Shown: positions 1 to 6,648 of the stretch, in pieces
Layout of the letters: each line of letters opens with the position of its first letter
How positions within the stretch are numbered: position 1 is the stretch's first letter
Assembly: GCA_001940755.1 (NCBI GenBank)
Contig: MEHH01000030.1
Location: 1 to 15,617 of the forward strand
From: Candidatus Heimdallarchaeota archaeon AB_125
GTDB lineage: Archaea; Asgardarchaeota; Heimdallarchaeia; Heimdallarchaeales; Heimdallarchaeaceae
Length of the DNA stretch: 15,617 bases
Direction: 5' to 3'
The notes under the pieces: generated by a model
Database searches by the model: none
What the model was told of the DNA's origin: nothing
The model's input: the letters and a program-made list of their open reading frames with translations, nothing else
Translations under genes and position numbers: made by a program

Positions 1-17
1 TATCTATATTTTGTAAA

Positions 18-33
18 TTTGTCCCGAGACAAA
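18..33. promoter_or_regulatory. Imperfect palindrome TTTGTC-CCGA-GACAAA, candidate operator upstream of the TATA box
   Basis: Read directly: tttgtcccgagacaaa. The half-sites TTTGTC/GACAAA are inverted around a 4-nt core. A second near-identical copy lies 44 nt downstream at 62-77. Confidence 0.45.
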
Positions 34-36
34 ATC

Positions 37-44
37 TTTTTATA
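37..44 (+). promoter_or_regulatory. Archaeal TATA-box-like element (TTTTTATA) for the 93..950 gene
   Basis: tttttata lies between the two palindromes, about 50 nt upstream of ATG 93. A transcription start about 25 nt downstream would fall inside the second palindrome. Confidence 0.4.
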
Positions 45-61
45 CGATTAAAAGAATCCTT

Positions 62-77
62 TTTGTCTCGAGACGAA
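62..77. promoter_or_regulatory. Second palindrome TTTGTC-TCGA-GACGAA, candidate operator at the predicted transcription start
   Basis: tttgtctcgagacgaa; the core gtctcgagac is a perfect 10-bp palindrome. It has the same half-sites as 18-33. Confidence 0.45.
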
Positions 78-92
78 ATACGTGTGATAAAA

Positions 93-950
93 ATGAATGA
101 CACAGAGAAAAAAGGTCCAGGAAGACCCAAAAAATATGCAACTGATGCAGAACGAAAAAAAGCCTATCGTGAGCGTAAAAAGGAAGAAAGACAAAACTGG
201 GAGAAATCACGAGTTAAAAGAAGAGTTGAATTACAAGAAAGAGTTTATAAAATGGAAAAAACTATTGTAAAAAAAGTCTATGATGAGGAATATTCTGGAA
301 CCTCCTTATATAGAGAGTTACATGAACAAATTAAGGTACGTTCAGCTAAATATACTCCTTTGGAATTGTCTGAGATGCCACTCGAAGACTTACTTAGTAT
401 CCAAGAAACACTAACCACTAGATATTATGGTAGTTATTACAATCCTATTCTTGTAGCATTGGAAACTGCTATCATGCCATCAGTTGATAAGGAATTTGAT
501 TCTCGAAAATCTGAACTTGGTCTAGTGACTTCACAAGATCAATTAGCTGAAAAATTAGCTAAAATTCATGATGAAACTACTCCAAAAACTGATCAAAAAG
601 TGGACAAGTATATAGATAAACTCAAAGCTGAAGGAATAACATTGTCAATAGAAGAAATGCTAACACTTCGATCAACAATGGAGAAAAGATCAGATGAACA
701 ATCTAGACCCTGGAGAGTAATAAAAGCTCCTTACAGAACAGATAATCTAATTGAGGTTTTTCAAGAATTGATGATGCTTTACAATGTTCAAGCTGAATTA
801 TCTAGAAGAGAAAGAGGCACCGAACTTGACTCAACAATTGAAAAACTTGAGAAAAGATTCGAGAATATAGAAAAAATTCTAGCAAACGAGAAAAAACGAA
901 TTGCTAAAGAAAACGCAACCAGAAGTAAGAAGAAACAAAAAGACAATTGA
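93..950 (+). CDS. Lys/Glu-rich protein with an N-terminal basic GRP/AT-hook-like segment and predicted coiled coils; putative DNA-binding protein of unknown family
   Basis: The track ORF 63..950 opens with TTG inside the palindrome, so the first ATG at 93 (MNDTEKKGPGRPKKYATDAERKKAYRERKKEERQ...) is the more likely start. The N-terminus is strongly basic with a GRPKK motif, and the rest is charged heptad-like sequence. I recognised no family. Confidence 0.6.
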   Translation: MNDTEKKGPGRPKKYATDAERKKAYRERKKEERQNWEKSRVKRRVELQERVYKMEKTIVKKVYDEEYSGTSLYRELHEQIKVRSAKYTPLELSEMPLEDLLSIQETLTTRYYGSYYNPILVALETAIMPSVDKEFDSRKSELGLVTSQDQLAEKLAKIHDETTPKTDQKVDKYIDKLKAEGITLSIEEMLTLRSTMEKRSDEQSRPWRVIKAPYRTDNLIEVFQELMMLYNVQAELSRRERGTELDSTIEKLEKRFENIEKILANEKKRIAKENATRSKKKQKDN

Positions 951-1096
951 ATCAATAAGTACGAAATCCTTGTACTAGATGTGCTATTGGGAAGAAAATC
1001 CTTTCTGTATACTTCTCTTCAAGCAATATTGCTTTTTCTCCCTTTTGTAGAGTAAAAGTTATATTTTGCTAGTAATATTATCTTTCTAGTGATTAA

Positions 1097-1273
1097 ATGG
1101 TTGTACATAGACCTGATGCATTTATCTGTAATAATTGTGATAATCGTTTCAACAATAATGAGAAGAAAACACTGAAAGAAGAAGTTGATGGTATTTTCAC
1201 AACAAAAACTGTATGTCCTGAATGTCTTTCAGCTGATATACGAACCACAATTACAGGGCAGAGAGAAGAATAA
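1097..1273 (+). CDS. Small zinc-ribbon protein (58 aa), not in the supplied ORF track
   Basis: My translation: MVVHRPDAFICNNCDNRFNNNEKKTLKEEVDGIFTTKTVCPECLSADIRTTITGQREE*. It has two CxxC pairs (CNNC, CPEC). A TATA-like aagttatatttt sits about 30 nt upstream of the ATG. Confidence 0.6.
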   Translation: MVVHRPDAFICNNCDNRFNNNEKKTLKEEVDGIFTTKTVCPECLSADIRTTITGQREE

Positions 1274-1348
1274 TTTCTAAAAAGTGTATTACGAGAGTAA
1301 TGTCCTTATCATACTTATTCTATAAAAAAGCCACTCCATTTTAGATTC

Positions 1349-1522
1349 ATGCAGCCAGAGAGTCTTGTTGAAGAAATGAATAGTATTCTCTCTAAAATGG
1401 ATAGAGAATTGAAGAACTTAAACAAGGAATTAGATAAAATATTAGTTAAATATCCAAGATATATGGATAATGATGAAAAGAAGCTCAAATATGAACTATA
1501 CAAGTTCAATCACGGAAAATAA
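1349..1522 (+). CDS. Small charged helical protein (57 aa), not in the supplied ORF track
   Basis: My translation: MQPESLVEEMNSILSKMDRELKNLNKELDKILVKYPRYMDNDEKKLKYELYKFNHGK*. A TATA-like ttctataaaaaag sits about 25 nt upstream of the ATG. The antisense track ORF 1315..1509 is low-complexity S/L/F-rich and is probably its shadow. Confidence 0.5.
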   Translation: MQPESLVEEMNSILSKMDRELKNLNKELDKILVKYPRYMDNDEKKLKYELYKFNHGK

Positions 1523-1665
1523 TTAAGTAAATCTCTTCTTTTTATAATAACTGAGTTTTGGGGGGTTAAATTAGTCATCTAATTTCATTCATTTTTAGGT
1601 TTTTTGAGGAACAATTTTATAGCAAAGGATTCTTATCGTAATCAGAGAACTGAATAGGTTTTTCT

Positions 1666-2706
1666 ATGAAAGAAGTAAAAATAATCATACCTTCAGAGAA
1701 ACTAGAGATAGTTAAAGAACTGGAGGAAAGACTTGGATTAGTGTTCAATATATTTATTTTCGAGAATGTAGTAACAATAAATACAACTCTTGAGAATCAG
1801 CACACTTCAACTTTATTGGAGGAATTAAAAGGATTAGGAGTTGGAACTGTTTTTGGTCGTATCACAGTTTCACCTGTTTCCTTTGAGATTTCATCAGATA
1901 AGAAGGATCCAAAAACTCGAAGAAGAAGTATAAGTATTGACGAAATGATTGCTAATATCAAAGATCTATCATTGCTGAATCCAACTTATTTGGGTCTGAT
2001 TCTGCTTGCTGGAGCTTTGGCTTCATTTGGACTAATCTACAATAACGTCATAATTATGATTGCAAGTATGATCATTGCACCTCTATTAGGCCCAATTGCT
2101 CTAGCAGTTATAGGAACTATGACACCTAAAAATATCTTCTCAAAGAAAGCAATAGTGACTGAAATATTTGGTTTAGCAGTCATAATAGGTTTCGGAGTCA
2201 TCGTTGGTTTGATTTTCAATAGATCACCTGATTCTTTGATCTTAGATCAGATCCCTCCAGGTGATTTAGATTCACAAATAGCTATTAGAATCATCCCTAA
2301 TACAGGAGATGTTATATTTGCAATAGCAAGTGGTTTAGCAGCTGGAATATTTATAATCAGAGGAGAAAATACAGCAATAGTTGGTGTTGCTGTTGCTGCT
2401 TCATTGTGCCCCCCTGCTGCAAATGTAGGAGTTTTACTAGCACATCATACTACAATCAGAATGGCAACCGGATCATTATTACTTCTTGGTCTAAACATTA
2501 TCTCAATTTATGCTTCATGTGCACTAATATTCTGGACATCACAATCCTTCGTTAGAGGAGGAACTGTCTCAACAAGACAATATAGAAAGATAAGTAAAAT
2601 GTACATTACTCAGATAGCTATTACTTTTCTAATCTTAGCTGGCGTTGTGATTCTAATTGGATTGAACAATCTATATAAATTTCTAGAGGTTCTATTTTTC
2701 GGGTAG
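1666..2706 (+). CDS. DUF389/TIGR00341-type integral membrane protein with a small N-terminal soluble domain
   Basis: About 100 aa of soluble N-terminus is followed by multiple TM helices. The segments MIIAPLLGPIALAVIG and VGVAVAASLCPPAANVGVLLA match the two signature stretches I recall for DUF389 (xAPLMGPI, VGVAIAxALxPP). Confidence 0.65.
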   Translation: MKEVKIIIPSEKLEIVKELEERLGLVFNIFIFENVVTINTTLENQHTSTLLEELKGLGVGTVFGRITVSPVSFEISSDKKDPKTRRRSISIDEMIANIKDLSLLNPTYLGLILLAGALASFGLIYNNVIIMIASMIIAPLLGPIALAVIGTMTPKNIFSKKAIVTEIFGLAVIIGFGVIVGLIFNRSPDSLILDQIPPGDLDSQIAIRIIPNTGDVIFAIASGLAAGIFIIRGENTAIVGVAVAASLCPPAANVGVLLAHHTTIRMATGSLLLLGLNIISIYASCALIFWTSQSFVRGGTVSTRQYRKISKMYITQIAITFLILAGVVILIGLNNLYKFLEVLFFG

Positions 2707-2713
2707 GGATTTC

Positions 2714-2890
2714 TTACCTGAAATGTTCAATCATAGATTTCATTACCATTTTTACTGCATGTTGAGCTTCGTCTGTAAGATCAGTGAAACCCTTCCCACA
2801 GTCTGGACAAGCTTCATACCCCTCAGGGTCACTTTTGTCAAACTTAAATCCGCAATGGAAGCAGTAAACATCATTAGGAAGTTTGCTCAT
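2714..2890 (-). CDS. Small zinc-ribbon protein (58 aa)
   Basis: The track ORF 2714..2899 starts with TTG, so the in-frame ATG at 2890 is preferred (MSKLPNDVYCFHCGFKFDKSDPEGYEACPDCGKGF...). It has two CxxC pairs. The overlapping + strand ORF 2723..2926 looks like its shadow. Confidence 0.6.
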   Translation of the reverse strand: MSKLPNDVYCFHCGFKFDKSDPEGYEACPDCGKGFTDLTDEAQHAVKMVMKSMIEHFR

Positions 2891-3016
2891 TTGTATCAAA
2901 AAAAGATAGAGATTAGTTACAAATAAACCTTTGTGAAAAAAGAGTTCTTTTGTCGAGAAAGTATATAAGCAAAATCGTATAATTGTATTTTTAGAACTAC
3001 TATAATTGGTGAAAAG

Positions 3017-4228
3017 ATGAAAATAACAAAAAGAAAAGAGGTGGGAGGATTATGGGTTTTAGTTTTACTGATTGGTTTAAATCTAATGGTATTCTCACAA
3101 GATACAATAGCTTTACAGAATGATTTTTCCGAATCAATTTATCCGGCTTTGGATGATTATATAGAAATTCCTGAAATGTTTATAGATACTGATGAAGATT
3201 TTGGACCTGCTGAATGGAATTTTCCAGGTGATGGTTCTCCAGGTAATCCCTTCATAATTGAAAACTATAATGTTACAAGCGGAGGTCCATTTGGTATCCT
3301 AATTGATGCTAGTGGAGGACCCCACGCATTTAATGTTTCTTTCATTATTCGTAACTGTATAGTTACAGCGTTGGAAGTTTGTATAAAAATAGTTGATGCT
3401 TATCCAAATTTAGTTAAAATAGAAAATTGTATCTGTAGTGGTACAATTGCTGGAGATGGAATAGGTATTCACCTTGTAAGATGTGATGGTGCAATATTAA
3501 CAGACAATACATGCAATTTTAATCATCATACAGGGATTAGATTAGATACTACAGCTGGAGCAGTATTAACAGGGAACACATGTCAAAATAATGGTGATGA
3601 AGGAATATATCTTGACAATGCCTCAGACAATTGCATACTCAATAGTAATACGTTAACATTGAATGTTTATGGATTCTGGGATCAAATAAGTCATGGTACT
3701 CTCCTAAACTACAACGTAATTGCTAACAATAGTTTCGAAGGAATACTAGTATATGATTCAAGCAATGTTGTAATTGAAAACAACACGATTGAAACGAATG
3801 GAGGAGTTTCAGCAGATGGAATCTATTTCTCAAACGCTGACAATGCTCAAGTAATTTTCAACGAGATTATTGGAAATGGTGGTTATGGTTTAAACATGGA
3901 TGAGTATTCAAACTATAATGTTATTCACCATAACAACTTCATACAGAATAATCAAGGAGGAGTACAAGGAAAAGAAGATTATACTACTGGTCATCAGAAT
4001 GCTACCTGGTATGATGTAGCTATTCAAGAAGGCAATTTCTGGTTTGATTATGTAGGCCCCGGAGTTTACAACATAGATGGTACATGTGCAAACACTGATC
4101 CATTTCCGTTAGGCTCTCAAGTGATAATTACTACTATAGTTATCCCTGAATTTTCATTAAATCTTATTGGCTTAATTCTTACTCTATCGATCTTTGGTTT
4201 AGTTATAATCTTCATAAAGAGAAAGTAA
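3017..4228 (+). CDS. Secreted right-handed parallel beta-helix (PbH1/NosD-like) repeat protein with a PEF-CTERM-type C-terminal sorting/anchor signal
   Basis: It has an N-terminal signal/TM segment (GGLWVLVLLIGLNLMVFS). Tandem ~22-aa repeats rich in N/G/I follow (e.g. GIHLVRCDGAILTDNTCNFNHHTGIRLDTTAGAVLTGNTCQNNGDEGIYLDNA). The C-terminus reads PEF-SLNLIGLILTLSIFGLVIIFI-KRK, a tripartite motif + TM + basic tail. GGTGA lies 5 nt upstream of the ATG. Confidence 0.75.
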   Translation: MKITKRKEVGGLWVLVLLIGLNLMVFSQDTIALQNDFSESIYPALDDYIEIPEMFIDTDEDFGPAEWNFPGDGSPGNPFIIENYNVTSGGPFGILIDASGGPHAFNVSFIIRNCIVTALEVCIKIVDAYPNLVKIENCICSGTIAGDGIGIHLVRCDGAILTDNTCNFNHHTGIRLDTTAGAVLTGNTCQNNGDEGIYLDNASDNCILNSNTLTLNVYGFWDQISHGTLLNYNVIANNSFEGILVYDSSNVVIENNTIETNGGVSADGIYFSNADNAQVIFNEIIGNGGYGLNMDEYSNYNVIHHNNFIQNNQGGVQGKEDYTTGHQNATWYDVAIQEGNFWFDYVGPGVYNIDGTCANTDPFPLGSQVIITTIVIPEFSLNLIGLILTLSIFGLVIIFIKRK

Positions 4229-4254
4229 TTCTTTCCTTTTTTTTCTTTATTTTT
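4229..4254 (+). terminator. Oligo-T archaeal-type terminator after the beta-helix gene
   Basis: ttctttccttttttttctttattttt follows the stop codon directly. It contains a T8 run at 4237-4244 and a T5 run at 4250-4254. Confidence 0.5.
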
Positions 4255-4398
4255 GCCAATAAGAAGGATCATCAATTCCAAGATGCCAAGTAATTTTGTA
4301 TGCCAAGGTTTCACATGAATACTGTATTTGTTATTTAATTTGGTCTATTCCTCAAAAGACTAAAGATTTATTACTCTCTATGCGTGAAAAAACACACT

Positions 4399-6324
4399 AT
4401 GACATTAGTAGAAAAGTTGTGCGAAAAACATACTGTAGAAAATGCTTTAGAACACGGGAAAGCTGCTGTAGGGCCAGTTATGGGGCTAGTATTCAAAGCA
4501 GATCCTGAATTGAGAAAAGATGCAAATAGCATCAAAGAGATTATCGAAAAGAAAGTTAATTATGTTAACTCACTAACAGCTGAAAAAATACAACAACTCG
4601 CACAAGATCAATATCCCGAACTTCTTCAAAAGAAAGAGAAAGAGGTTCAGGAAGAAGCTGATTTCATAAGAGAGATAATCGAAGAACACAATCGAACTGG
4701 ACGATTTGGTGGAAAGGTTCATACTCGATTCCCTCCTGAACCTAATGGTTGGTTACATATTGGTCACGCTTATTCGATAAATAGGAACTATAATTTTGCA
4801 GTAGAGTATGGTGGTAAGTTTAACCTTAGATTTGATGATACAAACCCTCTCACAGAAGAAGAAGAGTTCGTTGATTCAATTATCAAAGACGTGCTTTGGT
4901 TAGGAGTTGACTACGAAGATAGATTGCTGTTTGCGTCTGATTATTTCGATCAACTCTATGAATATGCAGTCCAACTAGTAAGAAAAGGGCTGGCGTACGT
5001 AGATGATTCAAGTGTTGAAGTAATTAGAGAGATGAGAGGAACTATTACTGAACCTGGAAAGGAAAGTCCTTACAGAAACAGATCCATTGAAGAAAACTTA
5101 GATCTCTTTGAGAGAATGAAGAAAGGTGAATTCAAAAACGGAGAAAAAGTACTTAGAGCTAAAATCGATATGGCTGATCCAAATATGCTCATGAGAGATC
5201 CTATAGTTTACAGAATTCTTCATGCTAGTCATCATAGAACAGGTGATAAATGGTGCATATATCCAATGTATGACTGGGCACATGGATTAGAAGATTCCAT
5301 TGAGAGAATCACACACTCTATCTGTACTCTTGAGTTCGAAGTTCATAGACCTCTATATGATTGGTATATTGACCAACTGGAAGAAGAGGAAGGAAGTCCA
5401 ATTCATCATTCTCAACAAATCGAATTTGCAAAGATGAATCTCTCCTATATGGTTCTGAGTAAAAGAAATATGAGGATGCTTGTAGAAGGAGAATATGTTA
5501 ATGGCTGGGATGATCCTAGAATGTTAACTATAGCTGGTATGAGACGTAGAGGATACACTCCTGAAGCTATTCGCAATTTCTCTTTAGCAATAAACTTCAC
5601 CAAAAGAGAGAAGATCATTGATATGTCTATCTTTGAGCACTATATTCGTGAAGATTTAGACAAGAAGTGTCCAAGAGTGATGAGTGTACTAAGTCCACTA
5701 AAAGTAGTAATTACTAATTATCCTAATGAGAAAGAAGAAGTATTTTCAGTACCTAATCACCCATCAGATAAAAGTATGGGAAACCGAGAAGTGAAATTTA
5801 CTAGAAACATATACATTGAACAAGAGGATTTCATGGAAAATCCTCCTGAAGATTATTATAGACTTTCTCCAGGTAAGGAAGTTAGGTTAAAGTATGCTTA
5901 TTTCATCAAGTGTGAAAATGTTGTTAAAGATGAAGGAACTGGAGAAATTAAGGAAATCCATTGTACTTACGATTCAGAGACAAAAGGAGGAGAATCTTCT
6001 GATGGAAGAAAAGTGCAAGGAACTATTCACTGGTCATCTTCAGATAATGCATTAGAAGTTGAAGTCAGACAATATGATCGTCTGTATACTAAAGAGAATC
6101 CCATGGAAACTGAAGAAGGTAAAGAATTCAAGGACTACATCAATTCTGATTCTATAAGTATTTTGAAATCCTATGTCGAACCATTTCTCAAAGAGAAGGA
6201 ACCTGGGTCAAGATTCCAATTTGAAAGAAATGGATATTACGTGATAGATATAGTTGATTCAACTAAGGAAAATATTGTATTCAACAGAATCATAACATTA
6301 AGAGATTCTTGGGCTAAGAAATAG
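4399..6324 (+). CDS. glnS: Glutaminyl-tRNA synthetase (class Ic) with an extra ~90-aa N-terminal GatB/YqeY-like helical domain
   Basis: HTRFPPEPNGWLHIGHAYS (HIGH), NLRFDDTNP, YPMYDWAHGLEDSIERITHSICTLEFEVHRPLYDWYI and MVLSKR (KMSKS) match the E. coli GlnRS motifs as I recall them (TRFPPEPNGYLHIGHAKS, LRFDDTNP, YPMYDF..THSLCTLEF, VMSKR) rather than GluRS. DFIREIIEEH aligns to E. coli NFIRQIIDED, so about 90 residues are N-terminal extension. The start is either GTG 4384 (track) or ATG 4399. A TATA-like aagatttatta about 27 nt upstream favours a leaderless ATG at 4399. Confidence 0.9.
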   Translation: MTLVEKLCEKHTVENALEHGKAAVGPVMGLVFKADPELRKDANSIKEIIEKKVNYVNSLTAEKIQQLAQDQYPELLQKKEKEVQEEADFIREIIEEHNRTGRFGGKVHTRFPPEPNGWLHIGHAYSINRNYNFAVEYGGKFNLRFDDTNPLTEEEEFVDSIIKDVLWLGVDYEDRLLFASDYFDQLYEYAVQLVRKGLAYVDDSSVEVIREMRGTITEPGKESPYRNRSIEENLDLFERMKKGEFKNGEKVLRAKIDMADPNMLMRDPIVYRILHASHHRTGDKWCIYPMYDWAHGLEDSIERITHSICTLEFEVHRPLYDWYIDQLEEEEGSPIHHSQQIEFAKMNLSYMVLSKRNMRMLVEGEYVNGWDDPRMLTIAGMRRRGYTPEAIRNFSLAINFTKREKIIDMSIFEHYIREDLDKKCPRVMSVLSPLKVVITNYPNEKEEVFSVPNHPSDKSMGNREVKFTRNIYIEQEDFMENPPEDYYRLSPGKEVRLKYAYFIKCENVVKDEGTGEIKEIHCTYDSETKGGESSDGRKVQGTIHWSSSDNALEVEVRQYDRLYTKENPMETEEGKEFKDYINSDSISILKSYVEPFLKEKEPGSRFQFERNGYYVIDIVDSTKENIVFNRIITLRDSWAKK

Positions 6325-6340
6325 CAGAGCATTAGAAAAA

Positions 6341-6348
6341 TTTAAAAT
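6341..6348 (+). promoter_or_regulatory. TTTAAAAT TATA box preceded by an A-rich BRE-like stretch, upstream of tRNA-Gln(UUG)
   Basis: The identical octamer TTTAAAAT also occurs upstream of the other two tRNA genes (9264-9271, 10921-10928). Here it lies 53 nt upstream of tRNA position 1. Confidence 0.55.
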
Positions 6349-6366
6349 TGAAACAATAAATCAACG

Positions 6367-6388
6367 GTTGTCAAAGAAATTTGACAAC
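6367..6388 (+). other. Perfect 9-bp inverted repeat with a GAAA loop (GTTGTCAAA-GAAA-TTTGACAAC) between glnS and tRNA-Gln
   Basis: Read directly. It lies 43 nt after the glnS stop and 5 nt before the tRNA 5' end. It could be an RNA hairpin (mRNA 3' end or pre-tRNA leader) or a protein-binding palindrome. Confidence 0.5.
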
Positions 6389-6393
6389 ACTTT

Positions 6394-6501
6394 AGTCCCT
6401 TGGTGTAGCCTGGAAACATTCCAGACTTTGAATCTGGCGCCGGGAGTTCAAAAGGTATTCTCTTGCGAGGAGAGCCTGAATTTATCTCCCAGGGACTACC
6501 A
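6394..6501 (+). tRNA. tRNA-Gln(UUG) with a ~32-nt intron in the T-loop and a genomically encoded CCA
   Basis: Manual fold:
- acceptor AGTCCCT/AGGGACT (A1:U72)
- D arm GTGT-AGCCTGGAA-ACAT
- anticodon arm CCAGA-CTTTGAA-TCTGG (TTG at 6428-6430)
- T stem GGGAG (6442-6446)/CTCCC (6486-6490), enclosing 39 nt instead of 7
- discriminator A, then CCA. Confidence 0.85.
6453..6484 (+). other. Non-canonical tRNA intron (about position 58/59 or 59/60) with a BHB-like fold
   Basis: Removing 32 nt restores a canonical T-loop TTCAAAT. The junction is ambiguous by +/-1 because of the A run. TTCA (6447-6450) pairs with TGAA (6477-6480), a 4-bp helix flanked by an AAA bulge (6451-6453) and a T-rich bulge (6481-6485). 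The inner helix is GGT/GCC. The apical hairpin is TTCTC-TTGC-GAGGA. Confidence 0.65.
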
Positions 6502-6648
6502 ACTTTTTCTAATTAATGAGATCAAAAACTAGTATCTTTTGTTTCAAGTGATTCTTTCAGTTCAAGTAACAAGGATTTCTTATAAAAAAGAGTTAAATAC
6601 GTACACTACTTCTGTATTTGTTGAAGAGATTAATAAGAAGGAGATTAT

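Noticed and set aside
1315-1509. Track ORF on the minus strand (64 aa, S/L/F-rich)
   Set aside because: It has low-complexity composition and lies fully antisense to a better + strand ORF (1349..1522) that has a TATA box at the right distance. It is probably a shadow ORF.
1465-1552. Possible C/D-box sRNA (AUGAUGA at about 1465 and CUGA at about 1549); a similar AUGAUGA lies at about 14173
   Set aside because: The boxes are about 80 nt apart with no C'/D' pair or terminal stem, and the first lies inside a plausible CDS. The second has no downstream CUGA. This is chance in AT-rich sequence.
2037-2219. Track ORF antisense to the DUF389 membrane gene
   Set aside because: It lies entirely inside a well-supported CDS on the other strand. 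Its hydrophobic sequence mirrors the sense-strand TM codons.
2723-2926. Track ORF on the + strand overlapping the 2714..2890 zinc-ribbon gene
   Set aside because: It has no recognisable motifs, whereas the minus-strand frame has two clean CxxC pairs. Only one of the two frames is likely to be real.
4117-4508. Track ORFs 4117..4314 (-) and 4296..4508 (+) around the beta-helix/glnS spacer
   Set aside because: The first overlaps the 3' end and T-rich terminator of the beta-helix gene. The second overlaps the glnS N-terminus out of frame and is Cys/Arg/Ser-rich with no motifs.
5098-5283. Track ORF antisense within glnS
   Set aside because: It lies inside the highly conserved GlnRS core on the opposite strand, so it is spurious.
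18-6388. A common regulator binding both the 5' palindromes (TTTGTC-N4-GACAA) and the glnS/tRNA hairpin (TTGTC-N10-GACAA)
   Set aside because: Only a 5-nt half-site is shared and the spacing differs by 6 nt. In an AT-rich genome this is easily coincidental. I kept it only as a remark.
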